Shown here one piece after another: positions 49,472 to 58,038 of a stretch of 64,000 nt of DNA. The stretch lies in the IMG/VR virus record IMGVR_UViG_3300027749_002987, one strand, 5' to 3'. The DNA comes from an uncultured virus (IMG/VR IMGVR_UViG_3300027749_002987). Its lineage: Duplodnaviria > Heunggongvirae > Uroviricota > Caudoviricetes. The translations under genes were made by a program, and so were the position numbers. The notes beneath the pieces were generated by a model, which was not told where the DNA came from, searched no databases, and saw only the letters and a list, made by a program, of their open reading frames with translations. The stretch's first letter is position 1. Each line of letters opens with the position of its first letter.

Positions 49472-49702
49472 TGGATGACTACAGCAACCTAAAATACTAA
49501 CGTAACTGCTATAGACGGTGGTCGAAGGACACAGTAGAAATACTGTTCTAGCAATAGACGCTCAAGAAATAGATAGACTGGCAAAGCACCAGGTATGATT
49601 TACATACAGAAAAACATGTAATAGGCAACATGAATGTTGCTAGGGTCTGGGTGCTATAATTGGCCAGACCAGAAAATAAACAAACTAGCACGATCATCCT
49701 GT
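49472..49702 (+). ncRNA. stem-ACAGCAA element 5 (large insert)
   Basis: GGATGA/TCATCC, CTACAGCAA, internal hairpins. Confidence 0.65.
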
Positions 49703-49711
49703 TAAAGTTTT

Positions 49712-49768
49712 AGAATGTTAACAGCAACTTTAAATTTCAACTATAATCGAAAATAAAATACATTCTGT
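49712..49768 (+). ncRNA. stem-ACAGCAA element 6
   Basis: AGAATGT/ACATTCT (compensatory change), TAACAGCAA. Confidence 0.65.
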
Positions 49769-49781
49769 AAAGGTAATCAAA

Positions 49782-51197
49782 ATGAACGCATTTGTAACAG
49801 CAGTAGCAAATCAAGAAGCCCGTACCGCCAACGGTATGAAGGCACGTAAGTCAACAGCATCAGCTTGTGTTGACTTGTTCTACAAGATCGGCGCAAGCCG
49901 TGGTAAGAACATCACAGGCGACTTCACAGCCGCTTATGTGGAAAACTCGGACGTAGCACTACGTATCGCACAATGGGCACGTGATGTCCGTGGTGGTGCA
50001 GGTGAACGTCAACTGTTCCGCGACATTCTAGTACATCTAGAAAAGCGTGACCCAGACGCCGCTTTGGCTCTGTTGAAGAAGGTTCCAGAAGTGGGCCGTT
50101 GGGATGACATCTTTGTCTTCCAATCACCAGTGTTGAAGTCAGCCGCTTATACCATGTTGGGTGATGCCCTACGTGCTAAGAACGGGTTGGCTGCAAAGTG
50201 GACTCCTCGTAAGGGTCAAGTTGCCGCTGAAGTACGAGCATTCTTCGGAATGTCTCCGAAGCAATACCGTAAGAGCCTAGTTGGTATGACCACAGTTGTA
50301 GAAACACAAATGTGTGCAGGCGATTGGGACAACATCAACTTCAGTCACGTGCCAAGTGTTGCTTCACGCAACTACAAGAAGGCATTTGGTCGTCACACAC
50401 CGGCATTCGCTGAATATGTGGCTAAGTTGGTTGCAGGTGACAAGACTGTGAAGGTTAATGCCAACGCAATCTTTCCACATGATGTGCTTAAGGGACTTGT
50501 TAGTGCATATGGTCGTAAGACTTTGTCTAAGACAGAGCTGGATCACATTACTGCTCAATGGAATGCTTTGCCAAACTACGTTGGAGATGCCAACATCATG
50601 CCAATCGTAGACGTATCGGGTTCTATGTCTTGCCCAGCAGGAAAGAACACCAACGTAACTTGCATGGACGTTTCAATCAGCTTGGGCTTGTACCTAGCAG
50701 ATAAGAACAAGGGCGTGTTCAAGGACACATTCTTGACTTTCTCAGACAAGCCACAACTGGTTACTCTAAAGGGTAACATTGTTGAAAAGGTTGATCAAAT
50801 GAGCAAGAGCAACTGGGACATGAGCACTAATCTGCATGCCGCTATGGATAAGATCCTGTCGGTTGCAGTTAAGGGTTCAGTACCAGCAAGTGACATGCCT
50901 GGCATGTTGCTGATCTTGAGTGACATGCAGTTTAACCAATGCGCTCGTTACGACGACAGCGCAATGCAAATGATAGAACGCAAGTTCGCAGACGCAGGTT
51001 ACTCTGTGCCACAGATTGTTTTCTGGAACCTAAACAGTTCAGACAACGTACCTGTAGCGTCAGACAAGAGTGGTGCCGCATTGGTAAGTGGATTCAGCCC
51101 ATCAATCATGACCAGCTTGCTGGCCGCTGATTTGGATCAGTTCACTCCAGAAGGAATCATGCTTAAGACTGTGATGAGTGATCGTTACGCTCTGTAA
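49782..51197 (+). CDS. DUF2828-family helical + vWA protein (Ro60/TROVE-like architecture)
   Basis: T.NG...ST, RDVRGGAGER, GRWDD, AAKWTPR; MIDAS DVSGSM, SDMQF, FWNL, SGFS. Confidence 0.82.
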   Translation: MNAFVTAVANQEARTANGMKARKSTASACVDLFYKIGASRGKNITGDFTAAYVENSDVALRIAQWARDVRGGAGERQLFRDILVHLEKRDPDAALALLKKVPEVGRWDDIFVFQSPVLKSAAYTMLGDALRAKNGLAAKWTPRKGQVAAEVRAFFGMSPKQYRKSLVGMTTVVETQMCAGDWDNINFSHVPSVASRNYKKAFGRHTPAFAEYVAKLVAGDKTVKVNANAIFPHDVLKGLVSAYGRKTLSKTELDHITAQWNALPNYVGDANIMPIVDVSGSMSCPAGKNTNVTCMDVSISLGLYLADKNKGVFKDTFLTFSDKPQLVTLKGNIVEKVDQMSKSNWDMSTNLHAAMDKILSVAVKGSVPASDMPGMLLILSDMQFNQCARYDDSAMQMIERKFADAGYSVPQIVFWNLNSSDNVPVASDKSGAALVSGFSPSIMTSLLAADLDQFTPEGIMLKTVMSDRYAL

Positions 51198-51319
51198 ACA
51201 CTGCTGGCCCACCTTAGCCTAGGCTGAGAATCCAGCATCCGCGATACACGAAATGTGGGATGGGCTGTGTATCCGGGGTTTTGGGGAGAGTTCCCGACAC
51301 AACAATCTCTCCCCACTTT

Positions 51320-51394
51320 CTGGCTATCGTATAATGGATAATACAGGGGATTTCTACTCCCTAAATGTGGGTTCGATTCCTGCTAGCCGGGCCA
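51320..51394 (+). tRNA. tRNA-Arg(TCT)
   Basis: Cloverleaf, CCA. Confidence 0.88.
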
Positions 51395-51414
51395 TATTCA
51401 TAGATAAGTACTAG

Positions 51415-51957
51415 ATGATTAATAAAGATGCTTTTAGTAGCGGACAAATCGGTAGTAAACTTTGGCTTTGTGAAGAACTAGAACGACTAGGGTGGACCAG
51501 TAACTTAACCTACATCTATGCTGGGTGGTATGGTATTACTGCTTTCTTGTTGCTAAGTCGAGGTAAGTTTCAAGTTAGTAAGATCAGAAGTTTGGATATA
51601 GATCCCACTTGTCAGCCTGTTGCTGATATGATTAACGAAAACTGGCTTATTAAAGAATGGCAATTTAAAGCCTTTACACAAGACTGTAATAATTATCAAG
51701 GACAATTTGGTGACTTGATTATTAACACCAGCACTGAGCATTTTGACAGCATGGAATGGTTTGATCGTATCCCTAAAGGCACTAGAGTAATATTGCAAGG
51801 CAATAACATGCCGCATGATGATCATCATGTTCATTCAAAAGACTTGCAAAGTTTTGTAGATTTGTATAAATTAACAAGTGTTGAGTATAAAGGCAGTTTA
51901 GATTTTAATTACCCCGAATGGAGTTTTACTCGATTTATGGTAATTGGTATTAAGTAA
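51415..51957 (+). CDS. SAM-dependent methyltransferase-like protein
   Basis: AGWYG, SLDID, INTSTEH. Confidence 0.65.
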   Translation: MINKDAFSSGQIGSKLWLCEELERLGWTSNLTYIYAGWYGITAFLLLSRGKFQVSKIRSLDIDPTCQPVADMINENWLIKEWQFKAFTQDCNNYQGQFGDLIINTSTEHFDSMEWFDRIPKGTRVILQGNNMPHDDHHVHSKDLQSFVDLYKLTSVEYKGSLDFNYPEWSFTRFMVIGIK

Positions 51958-51959
51958 AA

Positions 51960-52212
51960 TTATTAGTAGAGGGCACAAGGCATATAAGCATTCTGTAAAG
52001 ACAAGTATTTGTAACTCGGAAAGTTGCGGAGAAAGGACAGTTATAAACTGTATGTGAGCTGGCATTTAGGGAATCAGGACTTACAGTCTGGGAGATTCTT
52101 AGCGCAGTAAATTTGCCCCATGTTTGCTAGACAAATAGAGCGCGACTGTAGGCCGCGGGTAGCCATGTTTTCCTTGACAGGGACCAAAACTCTTAGTGCC
52201 CTCTACTAATAA
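51960..52212 (+). ncRNA. about 250-nt structured RNA candidate
   Basis: 17-bp perfect terminal stem; no ORF of 60 aa or more. Confidence 0.55.
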
Positions 52213-52222
52213 AAGGTAAATT

Positions 52223-52840
52223 ATGGCAATTGAACAATTATTTTTTACACCCGTATATCATGCACAGGTTGAAGATCCTGTGTTTAGCGAAGTACAGGCG
52301 GCCCTAGCAGTTATGGTAGAAAGAATGGAAAATATTGGTATGTTTGAAAGGCATAAACGTGCTGAGCCAAACACACATCTAATAACAGATGCACAGTTTA
52401 CTTCCAATCTGTTAGATGATCCGATACTCAAAGTGGTCAACGATGAAATACATCGTCATATAAGAAATTATATGATAGAAATCGAAGCACCAAAAATCAA
52501 AGTGCATAATTTTAAAATTTTGCAATCTTGGTTGACTAAGACCAGCAATGGGCAGTATGCTCCTCCCCATACACATGGATCAACTGATCTAACCGGGGTG
52601 TATTATTTTAAATCAAATCAAGTAGATGGCAACATATATTTGAACAGTCCAAATCCGTTGATTGAAAGTAGCCATTGTTTTGAACATATTCCTAGTCGCA
52701 CATCCTACGAGCCTGTAGTTGGTAGGATTGTCTTACTACCAGGCTGGATTGAACACGGAACTACTACTAATACTACCGACCACGACAGAATTAGCCTAAG
52801 TTTTAATGTAGTGTTTGATAGAGGAACATTTAAGGATTAA
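52223..52840 (+). CDS. 2OG-Fe(II) oxygenase (TIGR02466-like)
   Basis: HTH, GVYY, PGWIEH, RISLSFN. Confidence 0.8.
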   Translation: MAIEQLFFTPVYHAQVEDPVFSEVQAALAVMVERMENIGMFERHKRAEPNTHLITDAQFTSNLLDDPILKVVNDEIHRHIRNYMIEIEAPKIKVHNFKILQSWLTKTSNGQYAPPHTHGSTDLTGVYYFKSNQVDGNIYLNSPNPLIESSHCFEHIPSRTSYEPVVGRIVLLPGWIEHGTTTNTTDHDRISLSFNVVFDRGTFKD

Positions 52841-52841
52841 T

Positions 52842-52917
52842 GCGGGTGTAGCTCAGCTGGTAGAGCGCCACGTTGCCAACGTGATTGTCGTCGGTTCGAC
52901 TCCGATCACCCGCTCCA
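52842..52917 (+). tRNA. tRNA-Gly(GCC)
   Basis: Canonical cloverleaf. Confidence 0.93.
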
Positions 52918-52921
52918 TATT

Positions 52922-53476
52922 ATGAAAACATATAAATTTTTATCTATTGAAAATCATGAGCTTATTTCTAAAAAGCTCTACGAGTATGTAATTAACAAGA
53001 CGGATATCCTGGAAAAGAAATGGGACTGGAATACACTTGATCGTGATGCAGTTTTGCAATTTGTTCCAGAACTAGCAGTGGCCTGTTCAAAGATTATTGA
53101 TCATCCAATTACAATGATTTCTATAGTGCATAGGCCTGCTGGCGCCAGCGGTGGCGCACATGTCGATGTGGGTAATTATGATTATCGTGTATTATGGCCT
53201 GTGGCAAATTGTCAAGGATCTTTTACAAAATTCTTTGACTTGAATGGGAATAACTTAATTGAAACAAAGGGCGCCGAAGGTGACACTTTTTTAACTATCG
53301 AAAAAAAGAATCCGTTGATAGAGATAGATGCTGTTGAACTTGTTGCTCCTGTGGTGTTTTGTACTAGAACTCCGCATGGTGTATTTACAAATCCTTCATG
53401 CACTGAGTCAAGATTAACAGCAACTATTGGATTTGGAAAATTTCCTCTAGAACAATTTTTTAACGGTCTTTGGTGA
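52922..53476 (+). CDS. cupin/2OG-oxygenase-like protein
   Basis: HVD...PH...R. Confidence 0.6.
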   Translation: MKTYKFLSIENHELISKKLYEYVINKTDILEKKWDWNTLDRDAVLQFVPELAVACSKIIDHPITMISIVHRPAGASGGAHVDVGNYDYRVLWPVANCQGSFTKFFDLNGNNLIETKGAEGDTFLTIEKKNPLIEIDAVELVAPVVFCTRTPHGVFTNPSCTESRLTATIGFGKFPLEQFFNGLW

Positions 53477-53538
53477 AATGGATATCATCTTTGTCTTCGA
53501 AACAAAAGTCGTGGGTTCGACTCCTGCAAGGCCGGCCA
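53464..53538 (+). tRNA. tRNA-Arg(TCG)
   Basis: Cloverleaf; overlaps the end of the upstream ORF. Confidence 0.88.
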
Positions 53539-53546
53539 GGTAATAT

Positions 53547-54185
53547 ATGGATAGAATAGTTAATATTGCAAACGACGGACTGTTAATCAAAGACATGTCT
53601 GATCTGTTAGATTTTGATAAAATAAATCTTGAATTTAATAAAACAGAATTCATGACAAATGGTAGACTCACTACTAACAATATCAGTAAAGAATTTGCAT
53701 TTTTTAATGCAGAGTCTCTTAAACAAGAACAAGATGCTATTGTCAACGAGTGTGAGAACTATTTAAAGTATGCACAAAACACAACAGAGTTTAGTCACTT
53801 GCGAATGACTTCTAGTTGGGCAAACATAACTAGATCTAATACTGATAGACAAGATCCGCACAATCATCCTTTTAGTGTAGTTAGTGGTGTAATCTTATTA
53901 GACGACCATCCTGCTAATCTAAATCTTTTTATAGAAACTACAAATAGAGTTATACCTTTTCATTTGTTTGATAAAGAACAATACCTATCTTTAGGAACCA
54001 TTGCAGGACGATTTGGTGAGGTTAAAAATAGTTTAAAAAATCATATGGTCTTATTCTTATCCACTGTCAATCACTATGTAGTACATGACAAGCCTACTAC
54101 TAAAAGACGTAGCCTAGCATTCAACACATTTTGGTCCGGTAAGACTGGCCCAAATGATCCTATGGTTTCGATAGATTTCAGTTGA
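53547..54185 (+). CDS. 2OG-Fe(II) oxygenase (TIGR02466-like)
   Basis: SWAN, HNHP, SGV, RRSLAFN. Confidence 0.75.
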   Translation: MDRIVNIANDGLLIKDMSDLLDFDKINLEFNKTEFMTNGRLTTNNISKEFAFFNAESLKQEQDAIVNECENYLKYAQNTTEFSHLRMTSSWANITRSNTDRQDPHNHPFSVVSGVILLDDHPANLNLFIETTNRVIPFHLFDKEQYLSLGTIAGRFGEVKNSLKNHMVLFLSTVNHYVVHDKPTTKRRSLAFNTFWSGKTGPNDPMVSIDFS

Positions 54186-54249
54186 CTATACGAACGGTAT
54201 GTTGTATAATAGATACATACTAAGCAATTAGTAAAAACGTTCTTTAAAA
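54182..54249 (+). promoter_or_regulatory. sigma70 promoter and boxA-like site
   Basis: TTGACT-17-TATAAT; GTTCTTTAAAA. Confidence 0.6.
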
Positions 54250-54264
54250 TTTAAAAAGTATTTT

Positions 54265-54347
54265 GCCCCGATGGTGGAATTGGTAGACACGCTGGTCTTA
54301 GAAGCCAGTGCGCAAGCGTCCGAGTTCGAGTCTCGGTTGGGGCACCA
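54265..54347 (+). tRNA. tRNA-Leu(TAG)
   Basis: Cloverleaf, variable arm. Confidence 0.92.
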
Positions 54348-54448
54348 TATATAAACGTACTAGAATCTGTTAAAAGATCAGGTTTGGTATCCCGTAGAGC
54401 TCTTTGACATAGTCATAACTCTTTATACACCTTAGTATGTTTATATAT

Positions 54449-54538
54449 GGAAATGTGGCAGAGTCCGGTTTATTGCAACAGTCTTGAAAACTGTCGTGTC
54501 GAAAGGCACCGTGAGTTCGAATCTCACCGTTTCCGCCA
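54449..54538 (+). tRNA. tRNA-Ser(TGA)
   Basis: Cloverleaf, long variable arm. Confidence 0.92.
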
Positions 54539-54662
54539 AATTATACTTTCTGAGTAGCTACAATGGAACACCGAAATACTTGTCAATGTCGACCATGTAC
54601 AAGGACCGGCCATGAAGAGTAGGGCTACCGTGGATTCAAGCGCCACAGAGAGTACCTTTTAT

Positions 54663-54736
54663 GTATCCCTAGTGTAATGGCAGCATCGCAGTCTCCAAAA
54701 CTGTTGGTCGGGGTTCGAGTCCCTGGGGGTACGCCA
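54663..54736 (+). tRNA. tRNA-Trp(CCA)
   Basis: Cloverleaf. Confidence 0.9.
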
Positions 54737-54742
54737 GCTAAT

Positions 54743-54827
54743 GCGACTGTGGTGAAATAGGTAGACACAAGAGACTTAAAATCTCTCGCTTTCGGGTGTG
54801 CCGGTTCGATTCCGGCCAGTCGCACCA
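54743..54827 (+). tRNA. tRNA-Leu(TAA)
   Basis: Cloverleaf. Confidence 0.92.
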
Positions 54828-54829
54828 AA

Positions 54830-55438
54830 TTAGACTAGATATTGTTTAAATATCTCTTTAGCTTCTAGCATTGTAGGACGACGTCCAAGATTAGGATCTC
54901 TAAATACAATACTAACACACCAACGTTCTTGATTGCCGTTCCTAATGTTATGTGGCACACCTACTTGTACAATAGCAGGTCCTCTAACATTTTCACTATA
55001 GGCTACAGTAACATCTTCTGGCAGGTATAGGATTGAATAAGAATTAATCGGAGTTTCATTTTTTGGCTTAGATGCAATTTTATTATAGTGAGACTCGTTG
55101 ATAGTATACCAATGCATTTCACTATCTTCGCCGCCTAAGATCCAATTCATCTTAGAATAGTCACCTACTTCTTTGTCATCGCTATGGATGCCGCTGAGTG
55201 TATTTGGGTATCTATAAAAGATCTCACATAACCGTATTTCTTGTCCGTGATCTAAGAAGAATTGTTTTAGTTGGTTACTTAGATCAGTTTCCCAGTTTAG
55301 TTTAAAATGGCAAGCTAATCGAGGATTAGTTTTAACATTGTCTGCCCACGCTGATTGGCTTTTCAAAAATTGTGCAGGTACTAGGCTAGTGTTAAACAAA
55401 GGTAAATCAAAGTTAAGGGGTATAGAGTAGGTATTCAT
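54830..55438 (-). CDS. cupin/2OG-oxygenase-like protein
   Basis: IHSD...PHN...R; TAAATA upstream on the minus strand. Confidence 0.6.
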   Translation of the reverse strand: MNTYSIPLNFDLPLFNTSLVPAQFLKSQSAWADNVKTNPRLACHFKLNWETDLSNQLKQFFLDHGQEIRLCEIFYRYPNTLSGIHSDDKEVGDYSKMNWILGGEDSEMHWYTINESHYNKIASKPKNETPINSYSILYLPEDVTVAYSENVRGPAIVQVGVPHNIRNGNQERWCVSIVFRDPNLGRRPTMLEAKEIFKQYLV

Positions 55439-55480
55439 GTAAATATTTATCAGACAGTATTATAGAAGTGTAAAAAATAT

Positions 55481-55568
55481 GGAGCATTGGCCGACCGGTT
55501 AAGGCAACAGATTGCTAATCTGTCATTCAGCAATGGGTGAGTAGGTTCGATTCCTACATGCTCCGCCA
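55481..55568 (+). tRNA. tRNA-Ser(GCT)
   Basis: Cloverleaf. Confidence 0.9.
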
Positions 55569-55586
55569 AAATTTAAAAGGTAAAAT

Positions 55587-55814
55587 ATGTTAAAACCAGG
55601 TAAGACGTTTAAGCTAAGTAAGCCCACAAAAACTATGCTTGCATCTATTACAGATCCGCAAAAGCGTAACGAGTGGAAACGTGCAATGATTGATGCACAG
55701 CTATGCAGTGAAATTGTAGTTAAATCAGCACCGCGTGACAAGAACGCACCACGTGGACGTACTGGTTATCAAACTAACGATACTGGCACTGCTAGTACTA
55801 GTGTAGGAGAATAA
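55587..55814 (+). CDS. hypothetical protein
   Basis: AAGG RBS. Confidence 0.55.
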   Translation: MLKPGKTFKLSKPTKTMLASITDPQKRNEWKRAMIDAQLCSEIVVKSAPRDKNAPRGRTGYQTNDTGTASTSVGE

Positions 55815-55815
55815 T

Positions 55816-56004
55816 ATGTCGGCTAATCCTGCGTTAACAAAGACCGGCAAAGTAAAACTGCGCCCGTTGAATTTAGCTCAATTAAAAGAACTACTAGAAA
55901 AATCAAGCAAGCCAAAAGACAAGGCAAAAATACAAAATCGTATTAAAATACTTGAAAAGAAGTTACATGTAGGTAAAATTAGAGTAGTCGAAACTTTTAA
56001 TTAA
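55816..56004 (+). CDS. small basic protein
   Basis: AGGAG RBS. Confidence 0.55.
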   Translation: MSANPALTKTGKVKLRPLNLAQLKELLEKSSKPKDKAKIQNRIKILEKKLHVGKIRVVETFN

Positions 56005-56013
56005 AGATCTAAT

Positions 56014-56089
56014 GCCCCTTTAGCTCATCTGGTAGAGCAACTGATTTGTAATCAGTAGGTGGTCTGTTCGAGTCGGACAAGGGGCACCA
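56014..56089 (+). tRNA. tRNA-Thr(TGT)
   Basis: Cloverleaf. Confidence 0.92.
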
Positions 56090-56107
56090 AATAAAAAGCG
56101 GATATTT

Positions 56108-57568
56108 ATGGATGTTGTATTATGGAACTCGGGAGCTAAGACCAATGACTTTACAGCATATAGGTCGTTAGGATCCTACAAAATTGCACATACTGTACGC
56201 CAGGCTGGATATAGTGCTCAGGTTATAGATCATGTTAATCTAATGTCTAGGGAAGATCTATTCCGATGCACTATGAAATTTATAGATGCCGATACAAAGA
56301 TTTTAGGCATTAGTACTACATTTTTAATTGAAGATCATGTACTGCCACTTAATCTTATCAGTATAATAAACAGTCTTAATACCTTATATCCAAAATTAGA
56401 AATTGTGCTAGGCGGATACAGTGTAATGAGCTCAAAGGTATTTGTACGATATATCTCACAACCAAATATAACTATTATTCCAGGATACGGAGAGGACATC
56501 TTTTTAGATTTATTAAATTGGAAATTTGGAAGATGCACTAAGCCGTTCATTGATCTTACTGACAAACATCGAAGAATTAACGAATATAAAACTGCAATTA
56601 ATACAGTATACAATATTGAGTGTGATAATTTTAAATTTACAGATCAAGATTGCATACTGGCAAACGAAACTTTGCCTATTGAGATCAGCAGAGGATGCAT
56701 TTTTAAATGCAAATTTTGCAACCATTTAAATTTAGGTAGAAAAAAGTTAGACTATCTTAGAGATTTTGAATTAGTAAAAGAAGAAATGTTGCATAACTAT
56801 GCCAAGTGGGGAACTACTAACTATTACATAATTTGCGATACATTTAATGATACCGAATATAAAATGAAAGCATGGTATGACATGATCAATAGCTTGCCTT
56901 TCAAAATTAAGTATACAGCATATCTAAGAGCTGACTTATTAGACAAGTTTCCAGATGTACCCTATATGTTAAAAGATAGCGGACTGTTTACAGGGTTCCA
57001 CGGTATCGAAAGTCTAGGACGAGAAGCGTCAAGTATTATTGGCAAAGGCTGGGCTGGAAAAAGCGCAAGAGAATACATACCAAAATTATATCATGATATT
57101 TGGAAAGACGAAGTACATCAAACATTAAGTTTTATTGTGGGATTACCAGGCGATACTAAGGAATCAATTTTAGATACCATGTCATGGTTTAAAGACAACG
57201 ATCTTTATCATCAAGCAATTCACATGTTGGGAATTTATAAAGCGGCTCTTAATAGGCATCCTAGTGAGTTCGATCTAAATACTGAAAAATATGGTTATAG
57301 TTTTCCAAGTGAAGAAGATCCGACCTATTGGGAAACTAGTTACTGGAATAGTAATCAAGTTGCTGAATTTATTAAAAATGATATAAACCCAACGTGGAAG
57401 GAAATATCCGCTCCTCATGGTAGCTGGCAAATTATGATGATGCTACAATATGGAATTGATCCTAGTTTGTTTAAAAAAGAAATTAGTAAACAGATTGATA
57501 TCGAGTTGTTAAAAATAAAACGTAAAGACCTGATGCAAAATTATATAAGTAAACTACTAGCATTATAG
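56108..57568 (+). CDS. B12-binding-domain radical SAM protein
   Basis: GISTTF, LGG, SRGCIFKCKFC. Confidence 0.85.
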   Translation: MDVVLWNSGAKTNDFTAYRSLGSYKIAHTVRQAGYSAQVIDHVNLMSREDLFRCTMKFIDADTKILGISTTFLIEDHVLPLNLISIINSLNTLYPKLEIVLGGYSVMSSKVFVRYISQPNITIIPGYGEDIFLDLLNWKFGRCTKPFIDLTDKHRRINEYKTAINTVYNIECDNFKFTDQDCILANETLPIEISRGCIFKCKFCNHLNLGRKKLDYLRDFELVKEEMLHNYAKWGTTNYYIICDTFNDTEYKMKAWYDMINSLPFKIKYTAYLRADLLDKFPDVPYMLKDSGLFTGFHGIESLGREASSIIGKGWAGKSAREYIPKLYHDIWKDEVHQTLSFIVGLPGDTKESILDTMSWFKDNDLYHQAIHMLGIYKAALNRHPSEFDLNTEKYGYSFPSEEDPTYWETSYWNSNQVAEFIKNDINPTWKEISAPHGSWQIMMMLQYGIDPSLFKKEISKQIDIELLKIKRKDLMQNYISKLLAL

Positions 57569-57863
57569 ACCCCCGCTTACTCTTTAGCGTATATAAAGAG
57601 CGTCATTGCTTACACGTTAATAGCACGGTGCATTGGATCTTACCGCAAGGCCTTTTCGGCGACTTGAGAAATCACAAAGGCAGGAACGCAAACCCGTCTA
57701 GATAGAAAAATACGTGGACAGAGTAACAGCTCAGTCTAGGGCTCCTGTGGTGAGAGTAGCTAGACACTTTTATCAAATACATTTAGCCTGAACATAGTTC
57801 GGGTTGCAAGGACTTCACACCATCCTCCGACGAGAAAGTGATAAGTGTGTTTGATTAAAGTGT

Positions 57864-57937
57864 GCGGGATTAGTTTAATGGTAAAACAGCAGATTTCCAA
57901 TCTTCGGTCGGGGGTTCGATTCCCCCATCCCGCTCCA
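57864..57937 (+). tRNA. tRNA-Gly(TCC)
   Basis: Cloverleaf. Confidence 0.9.
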
Positions 57938-57946
57938 CAGAATTTT

Positions 57947-58023
57947 CGGAGTGTAGCACAGCCTGGTAGTGCGCCTGGTTTGGGACCAGGAGGTCCAAGG
58001 TTCGAATCCTTGTACTCCGACCA
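57947..58023 (+). tRNA. tRNA-Pro(TGG)
   Basis: Canonical cloverleaf. Confidence 0.92.
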
Positions 58024-58038
58024 ATTTAGAGAAGACCA

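Noticed and set aside
47037..49768. CRISPR array reading of the ACAGCAA repeats
   Set aside because: Repeats covary rather than being identical, spacing is irregular, tRNAs intervene, and no cas operon is present.
51960..52212. RNase P RNA
   Set aside because: The P4 signatures (GAGGAAAGUCC and the matching 3' GGCUUA segment) were not found.
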